A stretch of 64,000 bases of DNA, from contig JAFRTJ010000052.1 of assembly GCA_017427185.1 (NCBI GenBank), positions 43,820 through 107,819 on the forward strand, written 5' to 3'. Shown here piece after piece: positions 9,121 through 18,197 of the stretch. The position numbers and the translations under genes were made by a program. This stretch comes from Bacteroidaceae bacterium. Lineage in GTDB: Bacteria > Bacteroidota > Bacteroidia > Bacteroidales > Bacteroidaceae. Within the stretch, counting starts at the first letter, position 1. Each line of letters begins with the position of its first letter. The notes below the pieces were generated by a model that did no database searches, had not been told where the DNA came from, and saw only the letters and a program-made list of their open reading frames with translations.

Positions 9121-10128
9121 TTATTTAGCATCCATTGCCTGACAGGCTGTGATGGCCACCATCTTGTAGATGTCGTCTACGGAGCAACCGCGAGAGAGGT
9201 CGTTCACAGGGCGAGCAATACCTTGCAGGATTGGGCCGATAGCATCTGCATTGCCTAATCTTTGGACAAGTTTGTAACTGATGTTTCCCACTTCCAGACA
9301 AGGGAACACGAGGACATTTGCATTGCCTGCTATCTCTGAGCCTGGGGCTTTCTTCTGACCTACACTTGGGACAAGAGCAGCGTCGGCTTGCAGTTCTCCG
9401 TCGATTTTCAGGTCTGGGTTCAATTCGCGAGCCAATCGGGTGGCTTCCACGACCTTGTCTACCACATCGTGCTTGGCGCTCCCTTTGGTGGAGAAACTCA
9501 ACATGGCGACTTTGGGATCAGCAAATCCTGCCACACTCTTCGCAGTTTGGGCTGTGCAGACGGCAATCTGTGCCAACTGTGCTGCATCTGGCATGGGGGT
9601 TACTGCCACGTCGCCTACTACCAATACGCCGTCTTCGCCGAATTGGGGAGTCTGGGTGATCAGGAGCATGGCACCGCTGACACATGTGATGCCAGGAGCA
9701 CATTTTATGATTTGGAGGGCAGGGCGAAGGGTGTCGCCTGTCGTGCTGAGAGCACCGCTGATTTGACCGTCGGCATCGCCGCTCTTGATGATGAGGCAGC
9801 CGAAATACAATGGATCGAGAACTTTCACGCGTGCTTCCTCGATGGTCATGCCTTTCTTCTTGCGAAGTTCATACAGCAATTGAGCGTATTCTTCAGTTTT
9901 GGGGCTGCTGGCTGGGTCGATGATTGTTGCTTTACCAATGTTCTTCAGACCAAGTTTCTCTGCTAAAGCAAAGATTTCTGATGGGTTGCCTATCAGAATG
10001 ATGTCTGCCAAACCGTCGGCCAGCGACTTGTCTGCGGCGGTCAGGGTTCGCTCTTCCAGGCTTTCAGGCAACACGATGCGCTGCTTGTTGCTCTGGGCTC
10101 GAGCGATGATTTTCTCCATTAATGTCAT
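9121..10128 (-). CDS. pta: phosphate acetyltransferase
   Basis: 335-aa PTA_PTB-type protein directly upstream of ackA. Confidence 0.93.
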   Translation of the reverse strand: MTLMEKIIARAQSNKQRIVLPESLEERTLTAADKSLADGLADIILIGNPSEIFALAEKLGLKNIGKATIIDPASSPKTEEYAQLLYELRKKKGMTIEEARVKVLDPLYFGCLIIKSGDADGQISGALSTTGDTLRPALQIIKCAPGITCVSGAMLLITQTPQFGEDGVLVVGDVAVTPMPDAAQLAQIAVCTAQTAKSVAGFADPKVAMLSFSTKGSAKHDVVDKVVEATRLARELNPDLKIDGELQADAALVPSVGQKKAPGSEIAGNANVLVFPCLEVGNISYKLVQRLGNADAIGPILQGIARPVNDLSRGCSVDDIYKMVAITACQAMDAK

Positions 10129-10174
10129 GATGTTTTTTTGATTTTTATATGGTTTCTATCTTCTCGTTTCTCGT

Positions 10175-10954
10175 TCAGAATCGTCCTCTCATCAGCAGGA
10201 CCTCCAGTTGCTCAGCAGTCAGGTGGGTGCGAAGTACGTCGCTGTAGGCTGCGCTGATGTTGCCTGTCTCCTCACTGACCACAATGGCCAACGCGTCCGT
10301 TTCCTTGCTGATACCTTTTGCTGCACGATGGCGCAAGCCAAACTCCTTGGGGATGTCCAGGTCGTGACTGATGGGCAGAATGCATGCAGCTGCAGCAATC
10401 TTGTTGTTGGAGATGATTACTGCTCCGTCATGAAGAGGGCTGTTCTTGAAGAATATGTTTTCTATCAAACGTTGGCTGACGCGTGCGTTAACCGTTTCGC
10501 CAGTACGGATGAAATCGTTCAGGGGGAGGTCGTTCTGCACCACGATCAGGGCTCCCACTTTCTGCTTGCTCATGTTCAGACAGGCCATGACGATGGGGAA
10601 GATGGTTTCCCTGTCATGCCTCATGCCGTCCTCGTTGGTCTTGTGACCATAGTGGAACAGGTGAAGCAAACGTCCTGCTTTCTTGTGGGTCCCCAGGGTG
10701 TAGAAGAAGTGACGTATCTCTTCCTGGAAGAGGATGATGACAGCGATGGCTCCCACGTTGACCAGTTGATCGAGGATACTGCCCAGCAGCTTCATCTCCA
10801 ACACTTTGCTCACTATGATCCAAAAGCTGATGAAGATGAGCACACCATAGAAGATGTTGACAGAGCGCGATTGCTTCATCACCTTGTAACTGGAGAAAAG
10901 CAGGAGCGCTACCAGAAAGATGTCGATCAGGTCTTTTATTCCAAAGTCTAGCAT
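10175..10954 (-). CDS. cdaA: diadenylate cyclase, membrane-anchored CdaA type
   Basis: Three N-terminal TM helices followed by DAC motifs GALIVV, LHDGAVII, RHRAA and SEETG. Confidence 0.92.
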   Translation of the reverse strand: MLDFGIKDLIDIFLVALLLFSSYKVMKQSRSVNIFYGVLIFISFWIIVSKVLEMKLLGSILDQLVNVGAIAVIILFQEEIRHFFYTLGTHKKAGRLLHLFHYGHKTNEDGMRHDRETIFPIVMACLNMSKQKVGALIVVQNDLPLNDFIRTGETVNARVSQRLIENIFFKNSPLHDGAVIISNNKIAAAACILPISHDLDIPKEFGLRHRAAKGISKETDALAIVVSEETGNISAAYSDVLRTHLTAEQLEVLLMRGRF

Positions 10955-11796
10955 GAAAGCATCTTTTTGATTATTGTTATAGTTTCCACACAGGCCTTCA
11001 CGTCGTGAACCCTCAGAATGTTGGCTCCCTTCATGAGGGACAACGTGTTGAGAACGGTGGTTCCATTCAAGGATTCCTCAGCTGTGAAGTCGAGCAGCCT
11101 GTAGATCATTGATTTTCGGCTGACTCCAACCAGCAAGGGCAGACCCAGAACTTTCAGATCTTGCAGGTGATTCATCAGTTCGTAGTTCTGATCCAGCGTT
11201 TTGGCAAAGCCGAATCCAGGATCCAGTATGATGTCCTTCACACCCATCCCATGCAATTCTTGCACTTTGCCCCCAAAGTATTGCAGCATCTCTGCCATCA
11301 GATGGTCGTAAGTGGCATTCTCCTGCATCGTTTGGGGCGTTCCCTTCATGTGCGTCAGGATGTATGGAACGTTCAGTTCCGCTACTGTCTGGAACATCTT
11401 CTGGTCCATTTCTCCGCCAGAGATGTCGTTGATGATCTGTACACCATATTCTTCTACGCATATGCGCGCGATGTCTGAGCGAAAGGTGTCGACGCTGACA
11501 ATCGCCTGTGGGGCAATCCTGCGAATCGTCTTCAACCCCAGCGCCAATCGCTTCCTCTCTTCCTCAGGACTCACTTCGTCTGCACCAGGGCGGCTGCTGT
11601 ATGCTCCAATGTCTATCATGCTGCCTCCCTCCTCCAGGATTTGGGTGACCCTGTCTGCCACCTCAGCCTCCGTCCCTTTTCTGCTGTCGGCATAGAAGGA
11701 ATCGGGTGTCACGTTCAGGATGCCCATGACCTGTGGTTCAGACAAACTCAGCAGTTCGCCGTCGATGTTCAGCGTGTATGGTAAGAGTCCTTTCAT
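10948..11796 (-). CDS. folP: dihydropteroate synthase
   Basis: VMGILNVTPDSF and DIGAYSSRPG motifs. It overlaps the cdaA start by 7 nt. Confidence 0.93.
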   Translation of the reverse strand: MKGLLPYTLNIDGELLSLSEPQVMGILNVTPDSFYADSRKGTEAEVADRVTQILEEGGSMIDIGAYSSRPGADEVSPEEERKRLALGLKTIRRIAPQAIVSVDTFRSDIARICVEEYGVQIINDISGGEMDQKMFQTVAELNVPYILTHMKGTPQTMQENATYDHLMAEMLQYFGGKVQELHGMGVKDIILDPGFGFAKTLDQNYELMNHLQDLKVLGLPLLVGVSRKSMIYRLLDFTAEESLNGTTVLNTLSLMKGANILRVHDVKACVETITIIKKMLSC

Positions 11797-11870
11797 CGTC
11801 TTTTCACCTTACTTTGCCACAAAGTTATACATTATTTATAAAATAAGCAAATTATATGAAAAAAATGGTG

Positions 11871-11878
11871 TAACTTTG
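11871..11878 (+). promoter_or_regulatory. -7 box (TAacTTTG) for murF
   Basis: Exact TAnnTTTG match 27 nt upstream of the ATG at 11905. Confidence 0.55.
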
Positions 11879-11904
11879 CTGGGCAAAACATTAAAGAACA
11901 AAGT

Positions 11905-13209
11905 ATGGATATAAAAGAACTATACGCTGTCTATCTGCAGCATCCTCAGGTTACCACTGATAGCAGGCACTGTCCTGCCGATTCCATTTTCTTTGCGCTG
12001 AAAGGGGCCACCTTTGACGGCAACCAGTATGCCGCTTCCGCTTTGGAGAAGGGATGTGCTGTGGCTGTCGTCGATGAGGCTCAGTATGCCAACGATGACT
12101 GTTGCATCCTGGTGGACGATGCGCTGAAGAGCCTCCAGGACTTGGCTGCATACCATCGCGAGCAATGGGGAGGAACCATCCTGCAGATTACTGGAACGAA
12201 CGGCAAGACTACGACCAAGGAGCTGGTCGCAGCAGTTCTGTCCAAGGCTCATAATGTGCTCTTCACAGAAGGCAACCTGAACAACCACATTGGCGTGCCT
12301 CTCACGCTGCTTCGCATTACAAGCGAGAACGACATCGTCGTCGTAGAGACAGGAGCCAATCATCCAGGCGAGATTGCCTTCCTGAGCGAGATGGTGAAGG
12401 CTGACTATGGGCTCATCACCAATGTGGGAAGCGCTCATCTGGAGGGCTTTGGCTCGTTCGAGGGAGTGAAGAAAACGAAGGAGGAATTGTATGACAGCCT
12501 CAAGGAACGCAATGCCTGCATTTTCATCAATGGGATGGATGACGTTCTGCGCGAGATGGCTGCTGAGCGACATTTCGTGATGGACGAGACGGCTATCCCC
12601 TACGTGGAGGGTAGAGTGGAGGAGTGCAACCCGTTCCTCTGCGTCCGTTGGAGAGAGGACGACTGGAAACCTTGGCATACAATCAGGACTCACCTCGTGG
12701 GAGCCTACAACGTGACAAACGTGCGTGCTGCAGTTACGGTTGGATTGAAGTTTGGAGTCTCGCCAGAGCAGATCGACGAGGCAATCGCTGATTACGTGCC
12801 CACCAACAGCCGAAGCGAGTATCGCGATACGGGCAGGAACCACCTGCTGCTGGACGCCTACAACGCTAATCCTACCAGCATGGCTGCTGCGCTCGATAAC
12901 TTCTCGATGATTGAAGCAGCACACAAGATGGTCATCCTGGGTGACATGCGGGAGCTGGGCGAGGAGAGTTATGCGGAACACAGGAAGATAGTGGAGCGGC
13001 TCGCTGGTTCAAGGTTGGAAACCATCTGGTTGGTTGGCCCTGAGTTCCAGAAAGCATCTGAGGCATCGAACTTTTCCTCTATGGTCTCAGTCTTCAAGGA
13101 CGTTGAGGCTGTAAAGGAAGCCTTGCAGGAATCGCCCCTCGAGGGCCAGACGATTCTCATCAAGGGAAGCAATGGGACCAGGCTTTTCCAGTTGCCAGAG
13201 TTGCTTTGA
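11905..13209 (+). CDS. murF: UDP-N-acetylmuramoyl-tripeptide--D-alanyl-D-alanine ligase
   Basis: Mur ligase P-loop ITGTNGKTTTKE, DAYNANP motif, 434 aa. Confidence 0.92.
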   Translation: MDIKELYAVYLQHPQVTTDSRHCPADSIFFALKGATFDGNQYAASALEKGCAVAVVDEAQYANDDCCILVDDALKSLQDLAAYHREQWGGTILQITGTNGKTTTKELVAAVLSKAHNVLFTEGNLNNHIGVPLTLLRITSENDIVVVETGANHPGEIAFLSEMVKADYGLITNVGSAHLEGFGSFEGVKKTKEELYDSLKERNACIFINGMDDVLREMAAERHFVMDETAIPYVEGRVEECNPFLCVRWREDDWKPWHTIRTHLVGAYNVTNVRAAVTVGLKFGVSPEQIDEAIADYVPTNSRSEYRDTGRNHLLLDAYNANPTSMAAALDNFSMIEAAHKMVILGDMRELGEESYAEHRKIVERLAGSRLETIWLVGPEFQKASEASNFSSMVSVFKDVEAVKEALQESPLEGQTILIKGSNGTRLFQLPELL

Positions 13210-13308
13210 TTCCAGCCTGTCGGCTCGAGCCTCGAAAGAGTCTTTCTTCATCGGAGAGGAGCAGCAAAAGAACCCCTGCATAAGCCTCACTTTTGAGCTG
13301 AAAAAACA

Positions 13309-13384
13309 CAACGTGTTGTCTCGACGGTTTCAACACGTTGATTTGCCCGTTTCAACACGTTGATTTTGTCCTTTCAACGTGTTG
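13309..13384. repeat. four 10-bp cores CAACGTGTTG / CAACACGTTG spaced exactly 22 bp apart
   Basis: The cores are at 13309-18, 13331-40, 13353-62 and 13375-84. The orientation pattern is fwd, rev, rev, fwd, so cores 1+2 and 3+4 form 10-bp hairpins. Confidence 0.9.
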
Positions 13385-13392
13385 TCTTTTTT
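13353..13392 (+). terminator. rho-independent terminator of murF
   Basis: 10-bp stem CAACACGTTG/CAACGTGTTG, a 12-nt loop, then TCTTTTTT. Confidence 0.7.
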
Positions 13393-13559
13393 GACTCAAT
13401 CAGAAGGCTTGTTTCGAGCAACGTTTTCGTGCTCCTCCAGAGTCAGTTCTCGCCATCTTTTTTTGCGTCTTGGCAGGTATATGTCCTTCGAAAGGAGGAA
13501 AATATGTCTCTTTTTTTACTTTTTTGGTTAAAAGAGTTTGTTGTTTGCCTTGGAATGAT

Positions 13560-13567
13560 TATCTTTG
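13560..13567 (+). promoter_or_regulatory. -7 box (TAtcTTTG) for the WbaP-like gene
   Basis: Exact TAnnTTTG match 64 nt upstream of the ATG at 13631. Confidence 0.5.
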
Positions 13568-13630
13568 CATGATAACAGGTGAAAGGGCTCCTTTGCCCTG
13601 CTCCCTGTATGGATAATTAAGCTGGTAAGA

Positions 13631-15040
13631 ATGAGAAAACAAGATGTCACAGAGTCGAGGACAATGCGTGTCATTGTTGCCATGTGCGACATGCTGGTGC
13701 TTGCCCTCTGCTTGTTTGCTGCCTATGGAGCCATTTATCTCGTCTTCCCTGACAAGGTGGCTCACATGAACCTCCACAATTATATGCTGCTGGCCGTCCT
13801 TTGCTATGTGCCTATAGCAGTCTATATGCCGCCTTTGTTCCTGCGTCGTGTGGTTCGAGGCGACCATATTGTGGAAAGGTGTTTCCTGACGGCTCTGGCC
13901 TACATCGCCTTTTTCGTGGTCGTACTCTTCCTGATGAAGGGCGCCACGATCAGCCGTATGTTTGTGTCGGCTTTCTTCTTGCTGTTCTCCCTGGGATTGA
14001 GTATCGAGCACATGTGCTTGCGTGGCTTGGTGAAGACGAAGCGGTCAACGGGCGGAAACCAGAATCACGTGATCCTGATAGGTGCTGTAGATGAATTGCA
14101 GGATCTCTACCAGAGTCTCCAGAAGCGAGAGTATGGACTGGTGGTGGATGGCATTTTCACGGACGACAACATAGAGCAGACTCCATCTGGCATCAGCCGT
14201 CTGGGAAGTGTTGCTGAGGCTTTGGGGTATCTGCAGGAACATCCCCATATCGATTCTGTCTACTGCTCGATGGCTTCCATGCGAAAGAGTCAGATGCTGG
14301 AATTGTATCGTCATTGCGAGAATAGCGTGACGCGCTTCTTCGCCTTGCCTATCTATGTGAACTTCCTGCGTCGCAATATGGTGGTATCCTCGATCGGCTC
14401 CACCATCATGCTCTCCTCTCGTCCTGAGCCACTCCGCGACTTGGGAAACCGCATCGTCAAACGTGTCTTCGACGTGCTCTTCAGCGGTCTTTTCCTGCTG
14501 ACCATCTTCCCCATCATCTACGTCTTTGTGGCTATCATCATCAAGCGTCAAAGCCCAGGTCCTGTCTTCTTTTTCCAGAAGCGGAGTGGATTGAACGGTA
14601 AGGAGTTCGAATGCATCAAGTTCCGCTCGATGTACCTGAATGATGCGGCGGATAAGATTCAAGCGACAGAGGATGACCCTCGAAAGTTCCGCTTTGGCGA
14701 TTTCATGCGCAGGACAAACATAGACGAACTTCCGCAGTTCATCAATGTACTCAAGGGCGACATGTCCATCGTGGGTCCTCGTCCTCACATGTTGTCGCAT
14801 ACGGAATCATATCGTCAGCTGGTGAACCGCTATATGGTGCGCCACTGGGTAAAGCCTGGCATTACAGGTTGGGCTCAGATCCAGGGTTTCAGGGGTGAGA
14901 TCAAGGAATTGAGCCAGCTGGAAGATCGTGTTCATGCGGATATCTGGTACGTCGAGAACTGGAGTTTCTGGCTTGACATACGCATCATCTATCGTACGAT
15001 ATTGAATATGCTTCTTCACAAAGAAGAGAATGCTTATTGA
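13631..15040 (+). CDS. undecaprenyl-phosphate sugar phosphotransferase (WbaP/EpsB-type priming transferase)
   Basis: N-terminal TM bundle and a C-terminal bacterial sugar-transferase domain with DELPQFINVLKGDMSIVGPRP. Confidence 0.9.
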   Translation: MRKQDVTESRTMRVIVAMCDMLVLALCLFAAYGAIYLVFPDKVAHMNLHNYMLLAVLCYVPIAVYMPPLFLRRVVRGDHIVERCFLTALAYIAFFVVVLFLMKGATISRMFVSAFFLLFSLGLSIEHMCLRGLVKTKRSTGGNQNHVILIGAVDELQDLYQSLQKREYGLVVDGIFTDDNIEQTPSGISRLGSVAEALGYLQEHPHIDSVYCSMASMRKSQMLELYRHCENSVTRFFALPIYVNFLRRNMVVSSIGSTIMLSSRPEPLRDLGNRIVKRVFDVLFSGLFLLTIFPIIYVFVAIIIKRQSPGPVFFFQKRSGLNGKEFECIKFRSMYLNDAADKIQATEDDPRKFRFGDFMRRTNIDELPQFINVLKGDMSIVGPRPHMLSHTESYRQLVNRYMVRHWVKPGITGWAQIQGFRGEIKELSQLEDRVHADIWYVENWSFWLDIRIIYRTILNMLLHKEENAY

Positions 15041-15066
15041 CAAATTTAAATTACTGATAACAAATA

Positions 15067-15690
15067 ATGTCTTTTCTAAGTAAAATATTCGGACGTAAGT
15101 CCAAGGAAGAAATGCGGGTAGGTGGTATGGAGGATTTCATGCTGCTCATTCGCGTGTATTACCAGTCCGTGATAGCTGCGCAACTGGGAATCAACAATCT
15201 GGCAGCATTGCCTGATTTGAGAATATTCAAGCAAACGTATCACGTCGCCACAGTCAACAATAAACTGGGTCTCGGTGAGAAGAAAGCTTGTAAGAAACTA
15301 ATTCAGGACATCTATGGCGTGAGTCAGGAGTTTTTCGCTGAGGTGGATAGCAGCGTGAAGAAACATTGCAGGAAAGTTCAGGACGTGCAGAGTTATCTTT
15401 ACTCTTTCCAAGGTTTCAGTCAGGATCTGATGATGCTGATGGGAAACTTGATGCAGTGGAAATTCCGCTTGCCTTCCTTCTTCCGCAGTGCTCTCAAAGA
15501 GATGGTAGCCAAGCAGATACACGAAGTGATGAACAAGAATGACTGGAAGGATGAAGGTGTTCGCAGGACATGTGTCTCTGTTCGTAAATATCAGGCTATG
15601 TTGGGCTACAGCGAGGCTTGGATGACGGAATACGTGCACACGATTGTGATGCTGGCAAAGAAGGAACCTCGCAAAAATAGCGAGGAATAA
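15067..15690 (+). CDS. hypothetical protein
   Basis: 207-aa ORF with good coding periodicity. I recognise no motif. Confidence 0.6.
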   Translation: MSFLSKIFGRKSKEEMRVGGMEDFMLLIRVYYQSVIAAQLGINNLAALPDLRIFKQTYHVATVNNKLGLGEKKACKKLIQDIYGVSQEFFAEVDSSVKKHCRKVQDVQSYLYSFQGFSQDLMMLMGNLMQWKFRLPSFFRSALKEMVAKQIHEVMNKNDWKDEGVRRTCVSVRKYQAMLGYSEAWMTEYVHTIVMLAKKEPRKNSEE

Positions 15691-15714
15691 TTTTGTGTTG
15701 TACAAAAAAAGTTC

Positions 15715-15722
15715 TAACTTTG
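15715..15722 (+). promoter_or_regulatory. -7 box (TAacTTTG) for the zapA-rny region
   Basis: Exact match 28 nt upstream of the ATG at 15750. A second box, TAatTTTG, is at 15688-15695. Confidence 0.5.
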
Positions 15723-15749
15723 TCCACAAATAAGATAAATTAGTAGGTG

Positions 15750-16046
15750 ATGGATGCACAACTGATGGATTTGGTCGTACGGTTTGAAACCCGTACACGA
15801 CAGCTTCTGATGCAGTACAAGCAATTGCAGCAGGAGAATGCCGCGTTGTTGCAGAAATTGGGAAAACGCGAGGACGAGATCCTCACGTTGCAGATTGAGA
15901 ACGAAGATCTGAAGAACCAATACCAGCGCCTGAAGACAGCGAAATATATAGATCTGGCTGATGATGACAAGAAACAGATTCGAGGTCGGATCTCCAAAAT
16001 GGTGCGAGACATTGACAAGTGCATCGCCTTGCTTAAAGTGGAATAA
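15750..16046 (+). CDS. coiled-coil protein (ZapB-like), upstream of zapA
   Basis: About 98 aa with heptad-rich sequence (LLMQYKQLQQENAALLQKL...LKNQYQRLK). Confidence 0.6.
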   Translation: MDAQLMDLVVRFETRTRQLLMQYKQLQQENAALLQKLGKREDEILTLQIENEDLKNQYQRLKTAKYIDLADDDKKQIRGRISKMVRDIDKCIALLKVE

Positions 16047-16055
16047 CGAATCGAT

Positions 16056-16355
16056 ATGGAACAGCAGAGCGATACTTTATCAATAACCCTCAAGATCGGC
16101 AGTTGGACCTTGCCTATGACCATCCGTAGATCGGACGAGTTCATCTACAGGCAGGCAGAGAAGCTGATTAAGGAGAGGTTCAACTACTATACAGGAAACT
16201 ATCCAAATCAAAGTACAGACTTGTACTTAATGATGACTATATTGGATATTGCTGTACGCTTGAAGCGACAGGAAACATCCTCGGATACGCAACCGGTCAA
16301 GGATCGTTTGCAGCCTTTGCTTGTAGAGTTGGAGTCCGCACTCAAGAAAATGTGA
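16056..16355 (+). CDS. zapA: cell division protein ZapA
   Basis: 99 aa with a ZapA-like N-terminal fold (ITLKIGSWTLPMTIRRSDE). The conserved position before rny in Bacteroidota supports the call. Confidence 0.7.
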   Translation: MEQQSDTLSITLKIGSWTLPMTIRRSDEFIYRQAEKLIKERFNYYTGNYPNQSTDLYLMMTILDIAVRLKRQETSSDTQPVKDRLQPLLVELESALKKM

Positions 16356-16403
16356 AAGTGTGATTTAGTGACCCCAATTTACTAACTTAAATAAAAAAAA
16401 CTC

Positions 16404-17966
16404 ATGACTTTAGAGATAATAATAGCGCTGATAGTAGGCATTGTGGCCTTTTTGGTACTTGTCGCTATTTGGTATTTGGTTTTTGTTCCATCAAAACGTA
16501 AGGCATTGGCTGCTGAGGCAAGTGCCAGTGCAGAGAAAGAAGCGGAAGTTATCAAACAGAGAAAATTGCTGGAAGTAAAGGAGAAGTTCCTGAGCAAGAA
16601 GGCAGAGTTGGAGAAAGAGGTTCAGCAGCGTAACCAGCAGATACAGCAGGCTGAGAATCGTGCCAAGCAGCGTGAGCTGAGCCTGAATCAGCGTCAGGAT
16701 GACCTGAATCGAAAACGTCAGGAAACAGAATCCATGCGCCAGCGGGTAGAGAACCAGCAGGCGCTGCTCCAGAAACGTGAGGAAGAACTGCAAGTTCGCC
16801 AGAACAATCTGTTGGAGCAAGAGCGTACCAAACTGGAGGAAATATCTGGCTTGAGTGCTGATGAGGCTCGCGAACGGTTGATTGAAACGTTGAAGGATGA
16901 GGCAAAGACAAATGCAGCAGCCTATATCAACGAAATCATGGATGACGCTAAAATGACTGCCAACAAGGAGGCAAAACGAATCATCATCCAGACCATCCAG
17001 CGTGTGGCAACGGAGACAGCTGTGGAGAACAGCGTGACAGTGTTCCACATCGAGAATGATGAAGTGAAAGGCCGTATCATTGGACGTGAAGGCAGAAATA
17101 TCCGCGCGTTGGAAGCTGCGACAGGTGTTGAGATCGTGGTAGATGATACTCCTGAAGCTATTGTCATCAGCGCGTTTGATCCTGTTCGTCGTGAAGTGTG
17201 TCGCCTGGCATTGCATCAGCTTGTGGCAGATGGTCGTATTCATCCTGCTCGTATTGAGGAAGTTGTTGCAAAGGTGAAGAAACAAGTGGAGGAAGAGATT
17301 ATCGAAACAGGTAAGCGCACTACTATCGACTTGGGTGTTCATGGTCTTCATCCAGAATTGGTTCGTCTCATAGGTAAGATGAAGTATCGTAGCAGCTATG
17401 GACAAAATCTGCTTCAGCATTCTCGTGAGACTGCTAACTTGTGTGCTGTGATGGCATCAGAGTTAGGTTTGAACCCAAAGAAAGCGAAACGTGCAGGTTT
17501 GCTTCACGATATAGGTAAGGTGCCTGATGAGGAACCTGAGATGCCTCATGCATTATATGGTGCAAAGTTGGCAGAGAAATACAAGGAAAAACCAGATATC
17601 GTGAACGCCATAGGTGCTCATCACGATGAAATGGAAATGACTACGCTGATGGCTCCAATCGTACAAGTGTGCGATGCTATCAGTGGTGCCCGTCCAGGAG
17701 CTCGCAGGGAGATAGTCGAAGCATACATCAAGCGACTGAAGGACTTGGAGAATATAGCCATGAGTTATCCTGGTGTAGTGAAGACTTATGCTATCCAAGC
17801 TGGTCGTGAGCTTCGTGTCCTTGTTGGTGCAGATAAGATTGACGACAAACAGACGGAGCAGTTGAGTAGCGAGATTGCAACAAAGATTCAGAATGAAATG
17901 ACTTATCCTGGTCAAGTGAAGATTACGGTAATCCGTGAGACTCGTTCTGTTTCCTATGCTAAGTAG
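16404..17966 (+). CDS. rny: ribonuclease Y
   Basis: N-terminal TM helix, a long coiled coil, a KH domain ([15 protein letters not shown]) and an HD domain (LLHDIGK...GAHHD). Confidence 0.95.
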   Translation: MTLEIIIALIVGIVAFLVLVAIWYLVFVPSKRKALAAEASASAEKEAEVIKQRKLLEVKEKFLSKKAELEKEVQQRNQQIQQAENRAKQRELSLNQRQDDLNRKRQETESMRQRVENQQALLQKREEELQVRQNNLLEQERTKLEEISGLSADEARERLIETLKDEAKTNAAAYINEIMDDAKMTANKEAKRIIIQTIQRVATETAVENSVTVFHIENDEVKGRIIGREGRNIRALEAATGVEIVVDDTPEAIVISAFDPVRREVCRLALHQLVADGRIHPARIEEVVAKVKKQVEEEIIETGKRTTIDLGVHGLHPELVRLIGKMKYRSSYGQNLLQHSRETANLCAVMASELGLNPKKAKRAGLLHDIGKVPDEEPEMPHALYGAKLAEKYKEKPDIVNAIGAHHDEMEMTTLMAPIVQVCDAISGARPGARREIVEAYIKRLKDLENIAMSYPGVVKTYAIQAGRELRVLVGADKIDDKQTEQLSSEIATKIQNEMTYPGQVKITVIRETRSVSYAK

Positions 17967-17993
17967 AAATAACCGGATTTAGTAAAGAAAAAA

Positions 17994-18022
17994 AATGCAT
18001 CGCAAAAGCGGTGCATTTTTTG
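17994..18022. terminator. bidirectional rho-independent terminator between rny (+) and the YihY/small-ORF unit (-)
   Basis: Stem ATGCATCGC / GCGGTGCAT (one G-U pair), loop AAAA. An A8 tract lies on the left and a T6 tract on the right. Confidence 0.8.
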
Positions 18023-18042
18023 TTTGTTACCGTTGGCTCAGT

Positions 18043-18189
18043 TTATTCTTCTTCCGTAAATGAGTCCAGGATTTTCCTGTATACGGTAGGCAAATCATGC
18101 TTGTAGTAAATAGTCTCGAACCACATGAAAAGGTATACAACCAAGTCAAAAGCCAGCCATGCCAAGATGACGATTGTTAAAGTACTCAT
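18043..18189 (-). CDS. 48-aa single-pass membrane protein (below the ORF-track length cutoff)
   Basis: Hand translation gives MSTLTIVILAWLAFDLVVYLFMWFETIYYKHDLPTVYRKILDSFTEEE*. It starts 8 nt after the YihY stop and ends just before the bidirectional terminator. Confidence 0.45.
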   Translation of the reverse strand: MSTLTIVILAWLAFDLVVYLFMWFETIYYKHDLPTVYRKILDSFTEEE

Positions 18190-18197
18190 AGGCCTTC

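Noticed and set aside
13309-13384. Possible mini-CRISPR array (regular spacing of a repeated core at 13.3 kb and 36.5 kb)
   Set aside because: The period is only 22 bp with 10-bp cores, so no spacers of useful length exist. There are only four units, no cas genes, and one array has mixed orientations. This is not CRISPR.
16356-16403. Possible 6S RNA downstream of zapA (as in E. coli zapA-ssrS)
   Set aside because: Only 48 nt separate zapA and rny, which is far too short for 6S RNA.
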